In this document: piece after piece, positions 9,012-17,009 of the stretch
Numbering within the stretch: the first letter of the stretch is position 1
Layout of the letters: the number at the start of each line of letters is the position of its first letter
Origin: an uncultured Candidatus Saccharibacteria bacterium
GTDB lineage: Bacteria; Patescibacteriota; Minisyncoccia; Phycocordibacterales; CAIZLB01
Reading direction: 5' to 3'
DNA length: 39,329 bases
Assembly (NCBI GenBank): GCA_964460835.1
Contig: CAYWQF010000002.1
Coordinates: 1-39,329 of the forward strand
The notes under the pieces: generated by a model
The model's database searches: none
Told to the model about the DNA's origin: nothing
Seen by the model: only the letters and a program-made list of their open reading frames with translations
Translations under genes and position numbers: made by a program

Positions 9012-9995
9012 ATGTCTGAAACAAACATCGTATTACCATCAAAGCCTCGAATAGTAGAAGAGAAATCAAACTACGGTCATTATGAGATTGACGGTCTTTA
9101 TCCTGGCTACGGTCACACTCTAGGTAACTCTCTACGACGAATCATCCTTTCATCACTTCCAGGTGCAGCTATCACAAGTGTAAAGATTGATGGTGTAAAC
9201 CACGAGTTTTCTACTATCAATGGTGTAAAGGAAGATGTTATAAACATCCTTCTAAACCTAAAGAAGATTCGATTCTCAGTTTCAGGCGACGAATCTCATA
9301 CTATTTCTCTAAAAGTAAAAGGTATCAATGAAGTCACAGCAGCAGACTTCAAGCTTCCAGGTCAGGTTACTATTGCAAACCCTGAGCACCACATCCTAAG
9401 TATTACAGACAAAGGTACTGAGATAGATATGGAAGTAAAGGTAGAAAAGGGAATTGGTTTTGTTTCAAAAGAAATCATACAGAAAGATCGTGTAGATATC
9501 GGTAATATTTCTCTTGACGCAGCATTCTCTCCAATACTTCTTGCAAACTACGATGTTGAGCAGATGCGAGTAGGTGATCGAACAGATTACAACAAGCTAA
9601 AGCTTTACATAAAGACAGATGGTACTATTTCTCCAAAAGACGCTCTTGAGAAGTCTATCGAGATCATGATCACTCAGCTCAAGTCTATTATCGGTTTCAA
9701 GGAGACAGAGTCAGAGATATCTCTAGCATCTTCAAATGCTTCTACTCACGCAAAGCATAGTGAAGAGTCAGCTGAAGACAAAGAGGCTCTAGACGACGTC
9801 CTAAAGACAAGACTCGAGTCTGTAGATATGTCTCAAAGAACAGCAAATGCATTGGTAAACGCCAATATACGGACTGTGGGAGGCCTTATAAGAAAGAAAG
9901 AGAAAGATCTACTAGAGATAGAAGGTCTAGGCTCAAAAGGTATAGAGGAAATCAAGACTATCCTTTCAGGACTTGGCTTATCTCTAAAAGCATAG
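9012..9995 (+). CDS. rpoA: DNA-directed RNA polymerase subunit alpha
   Basis: N-terminal GHTLGNSLRRILLSS-type motif (GHTLGNSLRRIILSSLPG). The C-terminal helix-hairpin-helix domain reads RTANALVNANIRTVGGLI. It sits between rpsD and rplQ. Confidence 0.96.
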   Translation: MSETNIVLPSKPRIVEEKSNYGHYEIDGLYPGYGHTLGNSLRRIILSSLPGAAITSVKIDGVNHEFSTINGVKEDVINILLNLKKIRFSVSGDESHTISLKVKGINEVTAADFKLPGQVTIANPEHHILSITDKGTEIDMEVKVEKGIGFVSKEIIQKDRVDIGNISLDAAFSPILLANYDVEQMRVGDRTDYNKLKLYIKTDGTISPKDALEKSIEIMITQLKSIIGFKETESEISLASSNASTHAKHSEESAEDKEALDDVLKTRLESVDMSQRTANALVNANIRTVGGLIRKKEKDLLEIEGLGSKGIEEIKTILSGLGLSLKA

Positions 9996-10064
9996 TATTC
10001 TGTAAATCCCGCAATAAACAAGCAATCATAGACGCAAAAAACTTACGATAAATTAATCAAAACC

Positions 10065-10415
10065 ATGAGACACTCAAACGCAAACAGAAAATTCGGACGA
10101 AAGACAGATCAGAGAAATGCACTCTTGCGTTCTTTGGCTCGTGAGCTATTTTTGCACGGTAGAATCATCACTACAGAAGCTAAGGCTAAAGAAGTACGAC
10201 CATTTGCAGAAGAGCTTATCACTATCGCTCGAGTAGGAGACCTATCTTCAAAGCGACTTGTTATGGCTCGACTAGCAAACAACGCTATCGTAAAGAAGCT
10301 TACAGATATCATCGCTCCAGAGTACAAAGATCGAACTGGTGGCTACACAAGAATCCTAAAGCTTGAGAGACGACCGTCAGACGGTAGTAAGATGGCTGTA
10401 ATAGAGCTAGTATAA
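10065..10415 (+). CDS. rplQ: 50S ribosomal protein L17
   Basis: MRHSNANRKFGRKTDQRNALLRSLARELFLHGRIITTEAKAKEVRPFAE is a canonical L17. Confidence 0.96.
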   Translation: MRHSNANRKFGRKTDQRNALLRSLARELFLHGRIITTEAKAKEVRPFAEELITIARVGDLSSKRLVMARLANNAIVKKLTDIIAPEYKDRTGGYTRILKLERRPSDGSKMAVIELV

Positions 10416-10446
10416 GCAGACGCAAAACCTGAATAATAAAATCAAC

Positions 10447-10794
10447 ATGACAAAACACATTATCGACGCACAAAACAAAAAGATAGGACGAGTAGCTACA
10501 GATGCTGCTATTATTCTCATGGGTAAAAATACTCCTGCTTTTGCTCGAAATATTGTGCCAGAAGTTGAAGTTGAGATCATCAATACATCTAAAGCTGACA
10601 TCACAGAAAAGAAAAAGACTGGTAAGTTCTATCTTACATACTCTGGATATCCTGGAGGTCAGCGAAATGAAAAGCTTGGTAAACTCATAGAGCGAAAAAA
10701 CATCACTGAAGTATTTCGTCGAGCAGTGAAGGGTATGCTTCCAGACAACAAGCTCAAGACAAAGATGCTTGCTAATCTGACAGTAAAAGAATAA
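10447..10794 (+). CDS. rplM: 50S ribosomal protein L13 (short form)
   Basis: IDAQNKKIGRVAT..., YSGYPGG and RAVKGMLP motifs, followed by rpsI as in the conserved rplM-rpsI pair. Confidence 0.93.
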   Translation: MTKHIIDAQNKKIGRVATDAAIILMGKNTPAFARNIVPEVEVEIINTSKADITEKKKTGKFYLTYSGYPGGQRNEKLGKLIERKNITEVFRRAVKGMLPDNKLKTKMLANLTVKE

Positions 10795-10831
10795 AACACA
10801 GTCGCGCAAATTTAAATAATACACAAATAAA

Positions 10832-11239
10832 ATGGCCACAACAGAAGCAAAAACATATATAGAAGCAGTAGGACGAAGAAAGACTTCAACATGCAGAGTT
10901 CGTATTGTCCCTGCATCAAAACAGTCTATTACTATCAATGATAAAGAGCTTAACGAATACTTCAAGACAGAAGATCTACAGACAGTAGCTCTAGAGTCAG
11001 TAGTGAAGGCTGGTATAGACCAGAAGTTTGCTATCACTGTAAAAGTTCTAGGAGGTGGTATCAGTTCACAGTCTCAGGCTATACGACACGGTCTAGCTCG
11101 AGCACTCGAGATCTACGACAAAAACCTACGACCTACTCTAAAGAAAGCTGGTATGCTTACACGAGATCAGCGAGCAAAGGAGCGAAGAAAGTTCGGTCTC
11201 AAGAAGGCGCGAAAGGCCCCACAGTGGTCAAAGCGATAG
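10832..11239 (+). CDS. rpsI: 30S ribosomal protein S9
   Basis: GRRKTSTCRVRI, GGGISSQSQAIRHGLARAL and the C-terminal KKARKAPQWSKR are canonical for S9. Confidence 0.96.
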   Translation: MATTEAKTYIEAVGRRKTSTCRVRIVPASKQSITINDKELNEYFKTEDLQTVALESVVKAGIDQKFAITVKVLGGGISSQSQAIRHGLARALEIYDKNLRPTLKKAGMLTRDQRAKERRKFGLKKARKAPQWSKR

Positions 11240-11272
11240 TCCTCAAAGTAGATACTCTCCAAAAAACACAGA

Positions 11273-11305
11273 AAATAGCCTTAGAAATAGGGCTATTTTT
11301 GTTTG
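11273..11305 (+). terminator. Intrinsic terminator after rpsI
   Basis: 8-bp stem AAATAGCC(11273-11280)/GGCTATTT(11291-11298) with a 10-nt loop, followed by tttttgttt. It is also T-rich when read on the minus strand. Confidence 0.65.
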
Positions 11306-11329
11306 CATGGTTTTTTATGAATAAAACGC

Positions 11330-11357
11330 TTGACATATTTTGACACTATGTTATGAT
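11330..11357 (+). promoter_or_regulatory. Sigma70-like promoter of the large ncRNA candidate
   Basis: TTGACA (11330-11335), a 16-nt spacer, then TATGAT (11352-11357). It lies downstream of the rpsI terminator, and no ORF follows. Confidence 0.5.
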
Positions 11358-11361
11358 GTTA

Positions 11362-12039
11362 GTCATCAGGTGAGTGGTGATGAATCGCAAAAGACTGATA
11401 GGGGTTGGACAGCCAATCCTTAGAATAAGGCCTTCTTAGGTAAAATTCTTGGCGAAAGTCGAGACTTACTTGCCCCTCAAAAGGCAGAGAAGAAGGTAGG
11501 TATAGGTTGATCTTTAACTTTTTTCTTTTTTGGCTGAAAAAATGCCAAACATAGAAAGAAGGTTTCAATGAAAGCACTTTTGGTCAAAATGTTGCTTGGG
11601 GAAACCTGAGCGACATGATGCCCTACGGAGAAGATAATTACTCCGTTTGCTAACATTGAAAGCATGACTACTTATTTTACCCAAGCCGGGTAGCGTACAA
11701 GAGATAGCAATCTTGTGGCTTGTGTATATAAGTATCCTGACGGTTGGATTCACGCGTAGCCCGACACGAAGGCACTTCGGTGCTGTACGGACTAGGTGTT
11801 AGAGTCCTTGACCTGAAGGAGGTTGGGAGCGATCGTCGTTCCGTTAAATTCCAGTGGAAAAAATGAATCAGGCTCCGGCCTGGTGAATGGATCCCATTGG
11901 GATTAGTTAGAAAAATCTTGTTTAAGCCCTCGGTAACCTTCGGGTCCAGAGGGAACATAGAACATAAAGGTTTCCAAACCTTTCGGGCTCGGGAGTGTAT
12001 GTCATCACACTGACAACATCTCCTGAGCCTCTTTTTTTT
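11362..12039 (+). ncRNA. Unclassified large (~680 nt) highly structured RNA candidate
   Basis: The 857-nt gap has no + strand ORF of 60 aa or more. It has its own promoter and terminator. There are many short perfect stems, several capped by stable tetraloops that are only meaningful on the + strand: C(UUCG)G at 11771-11784 and 11936-11945, GAAA at 11447-11464 and 11591-11614, and UCCG at 11869-11882. The 3' half is 55% GC in a hand-counted line. No RNase P CR-I, tmRNA or SRP signature was seen. Confidence 0.65.
11985..12039 (+). terminator. Intrinsic terminator ending the ncRNA candidate
   Basis: GGCTCGGGAG (11986-11995) pairs with CTCCTGAGCC (12020-12029): 10 bp with one G-U, around an internally pairing loop, followed by tcTTTTTTTT (12030-12039). 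Confidence 0.7.
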
Positions 12040-12058
12040 GGAATTTTTTTAATAAAAC

Positions 12059-12087
12059 TTGCACAGAACCCTCAAGATGATTACAAT
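12059..12087 (+). promoter_or_regulatory. Candidate grpE promoter
   Basis: TTGCAC (12059-12064), a 17-nt spacer, then TACAAT (12082-12087). The grpE ATG is only 9 nt downstream of the -10 box and has no Shine-Dalgarno element. Confidence 0.4.
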
Positions 12088-12096
12088 ACCAACACT

Positions 12097-12792
12097 ATGA
12101 CAGATGAATTTAACAAAAACACAAACAACGACGATGCTATAGCTAGCGATTTAGAAGCTTCATTGGAAGAAATAGAAAATATTGAGCATTCAAGTGAACG
12201 CGCGGAACATGCGGAAGATGCAGAAGGTGCGCATGAACAAGAAGACTCAGAGGACATAGTCGTAGATGAAGACGTGGAGCTAGGCCCTGCGGAGACTATA
12301 AAAAAGCTACGTGCCAAGCTCAAGACTGCGGTAGAAGAAAAACAGCAGTATCTAAATGGCTGGCAAAAAGACAAAGCTGAGTTTATAAACGCCAGAAAGC
12401 GTGATGATGAAGCGAAGCAGGAATTTTTGAAGTTTGCCAAGCAGGGTGTGCTCGAAGATATTTTGCCAGTACTAGATAGCTTTGATATGGCCATGGGCAA
12501 AAATGGCGCTGAAGGCAACGCTCAGGCGCAAGCTTGGGAGTCTGTATCAAAAGAATGGCGAGCTGGTGTAGAAGGTATATACAATCAGCTAGTCGCAATA
12601 CTTTCTAAAAATGATGTATCTATCTTTGGCGCGGTAGGTGAGGCTTTTGATCCAAATCTACATCATTCTATAGGACTAGTGTCTACAGAAGATGCGACTC
12701 AAGATCACAAAGTAGCTGAGGTAATGCAAAGAGGCTATATGCTTGGAGGAAAAGTGGTACGACCAGCGATGGTAAAGGTGTGGGAGGTTTAA
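12097..12792 (+). CDS. grpE: Nucleotide exchange factor GrpE
   Basis: Acidic N-terminus, a coiled coil (KLRAKLKTAVEEKQQYLNGWQKDKAEFINARKR) and the C-terminal beta domain HHSIGLV...VAEVMQRGYMLGGKVVRPAMVKV. The start is moved from the track start 11995, which reads through the upstream terminator, to the in-frame ATG at 12097. Confidence 0.9.
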   Translation: MTDEFNKNTNNDDAIASDLEASLEEIENIEHSSERAEHAEDAEGAHEQEDSEDIVVDEDVELGPAETIKKLRAKLKTAVEEKQQYLNGWQKDKAEFINARKRDDEAKQEFLKFAKQGVLEDILPVLDSFDMAMGKNGAEGNAQAQAWESVSKEWRAGVEGIYNQLVAILSKNDVSIFGAVGEAFDPNLHHSIGLVSTEDATQDHKVAEVMQRGYMLGGKVVRPAMVKVWEV

Positions 12793-12846
12793 AAGGTGTA
12801 AAATTTTTAGTTAAATAGCTTAGACCGGCTAAAATAACCACCAAAT

Positions 12847-12873
12847 TTGCACTTTTCTGGTATATGATATAAT
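12847..12873 (+). promoter_or_regulatory. Candidate extended -10 promoter between grpE and dnaK
   Basis: TTGCAC (12847-12852), a 15-nt spacer, then TGaTATAAT (12865-12873). Confidence 0.4.
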
Positions 12874-13007
12874 GCAACAAAAAACCCATGCTTAGCAACG
12901 ATAAAATACTAGCTCACAAAAGAAATGGTAACAGCGCAGTGTTTCTAACACAGGCTGATTCTTCATTTTTCCTTATATTTGCTCGTCTTGTAGGGGGCAA
13001 GGGCGGT

Positions 13008-13301
13008 ATGACTGTAAAGGTGCTAGCCAAGAAGGAGCTAAGCCCTGAGGAGGCTGAGATAGCCCTTGCAAAGCTTCAGGAAGGCTATCCAGCAGCGTAT
13101 CTGAGCCCTGTTTTGAGTTCTGCTGGTGCTAGTAAGGATATTCAGGACTGCGAAGCTCTTCTCTTGGAAAACCCAAAAACTGACGCAATCCCTTATGTAA
13201 AAGAAGTAAAGGCTCTAAAGCCAACTCTCTCTCCATATTTTCCTACAAAAGAAATTTTTCTTACACATCAAATGACTTGTGCTCCGAATTTTTCATACTA
13301 A
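13008..13301 (+). CDS. Small hypothetical protein (97 aa from ATG 13008; frame open from 12888)
   Basis: ORF embedded between grpE and dnaK. A G-rich stretch (gggggcaagggcgg) precedes ATG 13008. No recognisable motif, so coding status is uncertain. Confidence 0.4.
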   Translation: MTVKVLAKKELSPEEAEIALAKLQEGYPAAYLSPVLSSAGASKDIQDCEALLLENPKTDAIPYVKEVKALKPTLSPYFPTKEIFLTHQMTCAPNFSY

Positions 13302-13432
13302 GTTTTTTCAACTTTTCTCGACGGAATTTATTAACTTTATTAAATTATAAAAAATCAGTCGACGGTATTCTGTCTGTACAGTAGTGTACAGCGAGCTGAT
13401 TAACTAAATTATCTAATTAACTCAAAATAAAA

Positions 13433-15397
13433 ATGGCCAAAATAATAGGAATAGACCTCGGAACAACAAACTCAGCAGTAGCTGTGATGGAAGCCGGTGA
13501 TCCAAAAATACTAGAGAACATAGAGGGCTCAAGAACTACGCCGTCTATAGTAGCTATTTCAAAAAATGGTGAAAGACTAGTAGGACTTCTTGCAAAGAGA
13601 CAGGCTGTAACAAATCCAAAAAATACTGTTTACGGTATCAAGCGATTTATTGGTCACTCATATGATGAAGCTGGGGTACAGCAGGACAAGAAAACTGTGC
13701 CTTATGAAGTCGTGAAATCTGACAACGGTGGAGTGAAAGTAAAACTTGCAGACAAAGACGGCGCAAAAGAATATTCACCAGAAGAAGTGTCAGCAATGAT
13801 ACTTACAAAGCTCAAGAATGATGCTGAAGCAAAGCTTGGTGAGAAGATAACAGAAGCTATCATCACTGTACCTGCGTACTTCAATGATGCACAGAAGCAA
13901 GCAACAATAGACGCTGGTAAGATTGCAGGTCTCGATGTAAAACGAATCATCAACGAGCCTACAGCGGCGGCTCTTACTTATGGATTTAACAAAAAGAACG
14001 AAGAAAAAATAGCAGTGTTCGACTTCGGTGGAGGTACTTTTGATATCTCTATTCTAGAAGTAGGAGATGCTGTGGTAGAAGTGAAAGCAACAGACGGAGA
14101 TCATAGACTTGGAGGACGAGATATTGACTACAAAGTTCTAAACTGGATTGCAGAAGAATTCAAAAAAGATCAGGGTATAGATGTGCGAAACGATGCTCTG
14201 GCTATGCAGAGACTCGATGAAGCGGCAGAAAAAGCCAAGATTGAACTTTCTACATCTGTAGAGTCAGAGATCAATATTCCATTCATCACTTCTGGTACAG
14301 ATGGTCCAAAGCACCTTGTGATGAAGATCACTCGAGCAAAGCTTGAAGAAATAGCTGATGAGTTCATCGAGCGAGCAATGCAGATCACAAAGCGAGCCCT
14401 CGAAGCATCACCTTTCAAGGTTGGTGAGATTAATGAAGTAATACTTGTAGGAGGTCAGACTCGTATGCCAAAGATTCAGCAGGCCGTGAAGGATTTCTTC
14501 GGTAAAGAGCCTAACAAGACTATTAACCCAGATGAAGTAGTAGCACTCGGTGCTGCGATACAAGGAGGTATCATCGGTGGAGATGTAAAAGATATTCTTC
14601 TACTAGATGTTATTCCACTATCACTCGGTATTGAGACAATGGGTGGTATTGCTACAAAACTTATTGAAAAAAATACTACTATTCCATCATCAAAGTCACA
14701 GGTATTCTCAACAGCTGCGGACAATCAGACTTCAGTAGAGATACATATAGTGCAAGGTGAGCGAGCAATGGCGGGAGATAACAAATCACTAGGACGATTT
14801 ATACTCGATGGTATTCCACCAGCACCTCGAGGTATGCCTCAAGTAGAAGTGACTTTCGACGTAGACGCAAACGGTATTCTAAATGTAAAAGCAAAAGATA
14901 AGGCTTCAAATAAAGAACAAAGTATTCGTATCGAAGCTCGTTCAGGTCTTACAGATGCTGATATTGAAAGAATGAAGAAAGACGCCGAAGCTCACGATGT
15001 TGATGACAAGAAAAAGAAAGAGGAAATAGAAGTGAAAAATACTGCGGATCATATCATTTACTCAGCCGAAAAAGCAGTCAAGGACAATAGAGATAAAGTA
15101 TCTGCAGAGATAGTCACTGGAGTAGAAGCAAAGATCACAGCCTTGAGGACGCTAAAAGACGCTGGTGCTACAGGTGCCACAGTAGACCTAGAAGCTATCA
15201 AGAAAGCCACAGAAGAGCTATCTACTGAGATGTCAAAGATAGGCGAAGCTATGGCAAAAGATGCACAAGCTAGTGGCGGACCTGCTGGAGCGGGAGCTAC
15301 AGGCGGTGCTGATGCTGGTGCCGGAGCAGGTGCTGACGCAGGACAGGCTGGAGCTACAGGTGCAGAAGGAAATGTGCGCGACGCTGAGACTAAATAA
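13433..15397 (+). CDS. dnaK: Molecular chaperone DnaK (Hsp70)
   Basis: [18 protein letters not shown] and [11 protein letters not shown] motifs, 654 aa, with a Gly/Ala-rich C-terminal tail. Confidence 0.98.
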   Translation: MAKIIGIDLGTTNSAVAVMEAGDPKILENIEGSRTTPSIVAISKNGERLVGLLAKRQAVTNPKNTVYGIKRFIGHSYDEAGVQQDKKTVPYEVVKSDNGGVKVKLADKDGAKEYSPEEVSAMILTKLKNDAEAKLGEKITEAIITVPAYFNDAQKQATIDAGKIAGLDVKRIINEPTAAALTYGFNKKNEEKIAVFDFGGGTFDISILEVGDAVVEVKATDGDHRLGGRDIDYKVLNWIAEEFKKDQGIDVRNDALAMQRLDEAAEKAKIELSTSVESEINIPFITSGTDGPKHLVMKITRAKLEEIADEFIERAMQITKRALEASPFKVGEINEVILVGGQTRMPKIQQAVKDFFGKEPNKTINPDEVVALGAAIQGGIIGGDVKDILLLDVIPLSLGIETMGGIATKLIEKNTTIPSSKSQVFSTAADNQTSVEIHIVQGERAMAGDNKSLGRFILDGIPPAPRGMPQVEVTFDVDANGILNVKAKDKASNKEQSIRIEARSGLTDADIERMKKDAEAHDVDDKKKKEEIEVKNTADHIIYSAEKAVKDNRDKVSAEIVTGVEAKITALRTLKDAGATGATVDLEAIKKATEELSTEMSKIGEAMAKDAQASGGPAGAGATGGADAGAGAGADAGQAGATGAEGNVRDAETK

Positions 15398-15476
15398 TCG
15401 CCAGTAATAGCGCAAACAAAGCTAGCGCAGAAATAACGTAGAAAAAGCGAGGACGAAATAAAATCTTATTCAGTTT

Positions 15477-15511
15477 CTGTAGGTAATTAAATATAAAATA
15501 ATTGCCTACGG
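15477..15511 (+). other. Long hairpin in the dnaK-dnaJ spacer (no U-tract)
   Basis: CTGTAGGTAATT (15477-15488) pairs with AATTGCCTACGG (15500-15511): 12 bp including two G-U pairs, with an 11-nt AT loop. It is not followed by a T run. Confidence 0.35.
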
Positions 15512-15552
15512 GCTATTGAACAAAATTAAAAAAACAAGCAAAAAATAAAACC

Positions 15553-16782
15553 ATGTCCAAAGATTATTATAAAATATTAGGGGTAGACAAAAGCGCGTCA
15601 AAAGACGAGATAAAAAAGGCATTCCGAAAACTTGCACACGAACATCATCCAGACAAAGCTGGTGGTAATGAAGCCAAGTTCAAAGAGGCCAATGAAGCCT
15701 ACTCTGTACTATCAGATGACAGCAAGCGTGCACAGTACGATCAGTTTGGTTCAGCAGGGCCTGGAGGCTTTGGTGGACAGGGTGGATACAGCGCAGGAGA
15801 TCAAGGAGGCTTCGGTGGTTTTGGAGGTTTTGATTTTTCTGGATTTACAGGACAGGGAGGTTTCGGTGGTCAGGGAGTAGAGTTTGATCTCGGAGATATT
15901 TTTGGAAATGTATTTGGTGGTGGCGGACGTGGAGGGGGTCGAGGCGGCGCGCGTCAGCAAAAAGGTTCTGATATATCAGTAGATATTGAAATCACTTTTA
16001 AAGAATCTATTTTTGGTACAGAAAAAGAGTTCTCTATTCATCGCACAGCAGAGTGTTTGAGATGTAAAGGTTCTCGAGCTGAGCCAAAGAGTGGGTCAGG
16101 TGCGTCTAGTGGGGCTGGAGCCAGTGCCGCAGACTTCGACAAATGCAAAACTTGCGAAGGCTCAGGTCAAGTAGTGGAAAATCGCCGAAGTATTTTTGGT
16201 ACATTTCAATCTGCAAGAGTTTGTGACACTTGCGTTGGTACAGGAAAGATTCCAAAAGAAAAATGTAAAGAATGCAAAGGTAAGGGTGTACACAATCGCA
16301 AGGATGACATCACTATAGTTGTACCAGCTGGTATAGATAGCGGAGAAATGCTCCGTGTGACTGGACGAGGTGAGGCTGTAGCTGGTGGCCAGACAGGGGA
16401 TTTGTATGTAAGAGTGCATATCAAGCGAGATTCAGATTTTCAAAAACACTTTGCGCCGTACAATCTTCGAAAAGAAGGTCATAACCTAGCTATGGATGTT
16501 GAGGTTAAGCTCAGTGATGCACTACTTGGTGGTGACATCACTCTCAAAACTATAGAAGGTGAGCTCATAGTGTCTGTACCACAAGGTATCACTCATGGAG
16601 AAATACTTCGTGTCAAAGGTCACGGCGTGCCTTATGGTCACGGATCAGACAATCCAAAGACTAGTCTCGCAAAGACCACCGCTCGTGGCGATATGATGTT
16701 ACATATTAAAATAAATATTCCAAAAAAACTTTCAAAAGAAAGTCGCAAGCTGGCGGAGGAGATGAGAAAGGAGGGGTTTTAG
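15553..16782 (+). CDS. dnaJ: Molecular chaperone DnaJ
   Basis: J domain with HPDK, a long Gly/Phe-rich linker, four CxxCxGxG zinc-finger repeats ([31 protein letters not shown]) and the C-terminal substrate domains. Confidence 0.96.
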   Translation: MSKDYYKILGVDKSASKDEIKKAFRKLAHEHHPDKAGGNEAKFKEANEAYSVLSDDSKRAQYDQFGSAGPGGFGGQGGYSAGDQGGFGGFGGFDFSGFTGQGGFGGQGVEFDLGDIFGNVFGGGGRGGGRGGARQQKGSDISVDIEITFKESIFGTEKEFSIHRTAECLRCKGSRAEPKSGSGASSGAGASAADFDKCKTCEGSGQVVENRRSIFGTFQSARVCDTCVGTGKIPKEKCKECKGKGVHNRKDDITIVVPAGIDSGEMLRVTGRGEAVAGGQTGDLYVRVHIKRDSDFQKHFAPYNLRKEGHNLAMDVEVKLSDALLGGDITLKTIEGELIVSVPQGITHGEILRVKGHGVPYGHGSDNPKTSLAKTTARGDMMLHIKINIPKKLSKESRKLAEEMRKEGF

Positions 16783-16839
16783 TACAAAATAATTTAATTT
16801 TAGCCTTATTAATAGGTTTATTTTCATAGCCTCTGACTA

Positions 16840-16868
16840 TTGCTTTTTATAATAAATTATGCTATAAT
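16840..16868 (+). promoter_or_regulatory. Candidate promoter of the 17010-17459 cassette
   Basis: TTGCTT (16840-16845), a 17-nt spacer, then TATAAT (16863-16868). Confidence 0.4.
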
Positions 16869-17009
16869 ATTGTTACTACGTGTGTAGCTATGACGAGATT
16901 GGAAAAACTCGTTTAATGCCTTCTTGGAAAAAAATTATCTCATTTGTTCGTAAATGTTTAACGAACTACTCCTGTAAGGTACTGGGAGAAAAAACTGTAC
17001 TATTGAAAA

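Noticed and set aside
11369-11376. GGTGAGTG near the 5' end of the RNA candidate resembles an intron 5' splice site (GUGAGU, or the group II GUGYG).
   Set aside because: This is an isolated 6-8 nt match. It sits in the loop of a local hairpin, and there are no corresponding group II domains or 3' splice features.
11359-11958. A chain of four overlapping minus-strand ORFs (72, 62, 62 and 93 aa) could be a frameshifted pseudogene, for example a decayed hrcA.
   Set aside because: The translations are low-information with no HrcA or other family motif. The frames do not join into one coherent protein. The region has + strand promoter/terminator signals and + strand-specific UUCG/GNRA-capped stems, so a structured RNA explains it better.
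11362-12039. Identity as RNase P RNA, tmRNA, SRP RNA, or a group I or group II intron.
   Set aside because: - RNase P: no GGAAAGUCC-type CR-I with a matching ACAGAA..CGGCUUA CR-V at a sensible distance. The closest bits are CGAAAGUCG at 11453-11461, which folds locally as a GAAA hairpin, and a minus-strand ACCCGGCUUGG only ~100 nt from an AGUCCG.
- tmRNA: no tRNA-like acceptor/T-arm 3' end and no tag reading frame.
- SRP: no GGAA-capped helix with the AGCA motif.
- Group II: no domain V (AGC...GNRA...) hairpin.
- Group I: no R/S P7 pair.

All of this is by eye, so a covariance-model search is still required.
11995-12096. The track start of the grpE ORF at 11995 (265 aa).
   Set aside because: The extra 34 codons run through the terminator stem and T8 tract and through the candidate grpE promoter. 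The in-frame ATG at 12097 yields a normal GrpE.
12040-13432. A CIRCE (HrcA operator) or other classic heat-shock operator upstream of grpE/dnaK.
   Set aside because: No TTAGCACTC-N9-GAGTGCTAA-like inverted repeat is visible. Only short direct repeats are present, and these are reported as a low-confidence observation.
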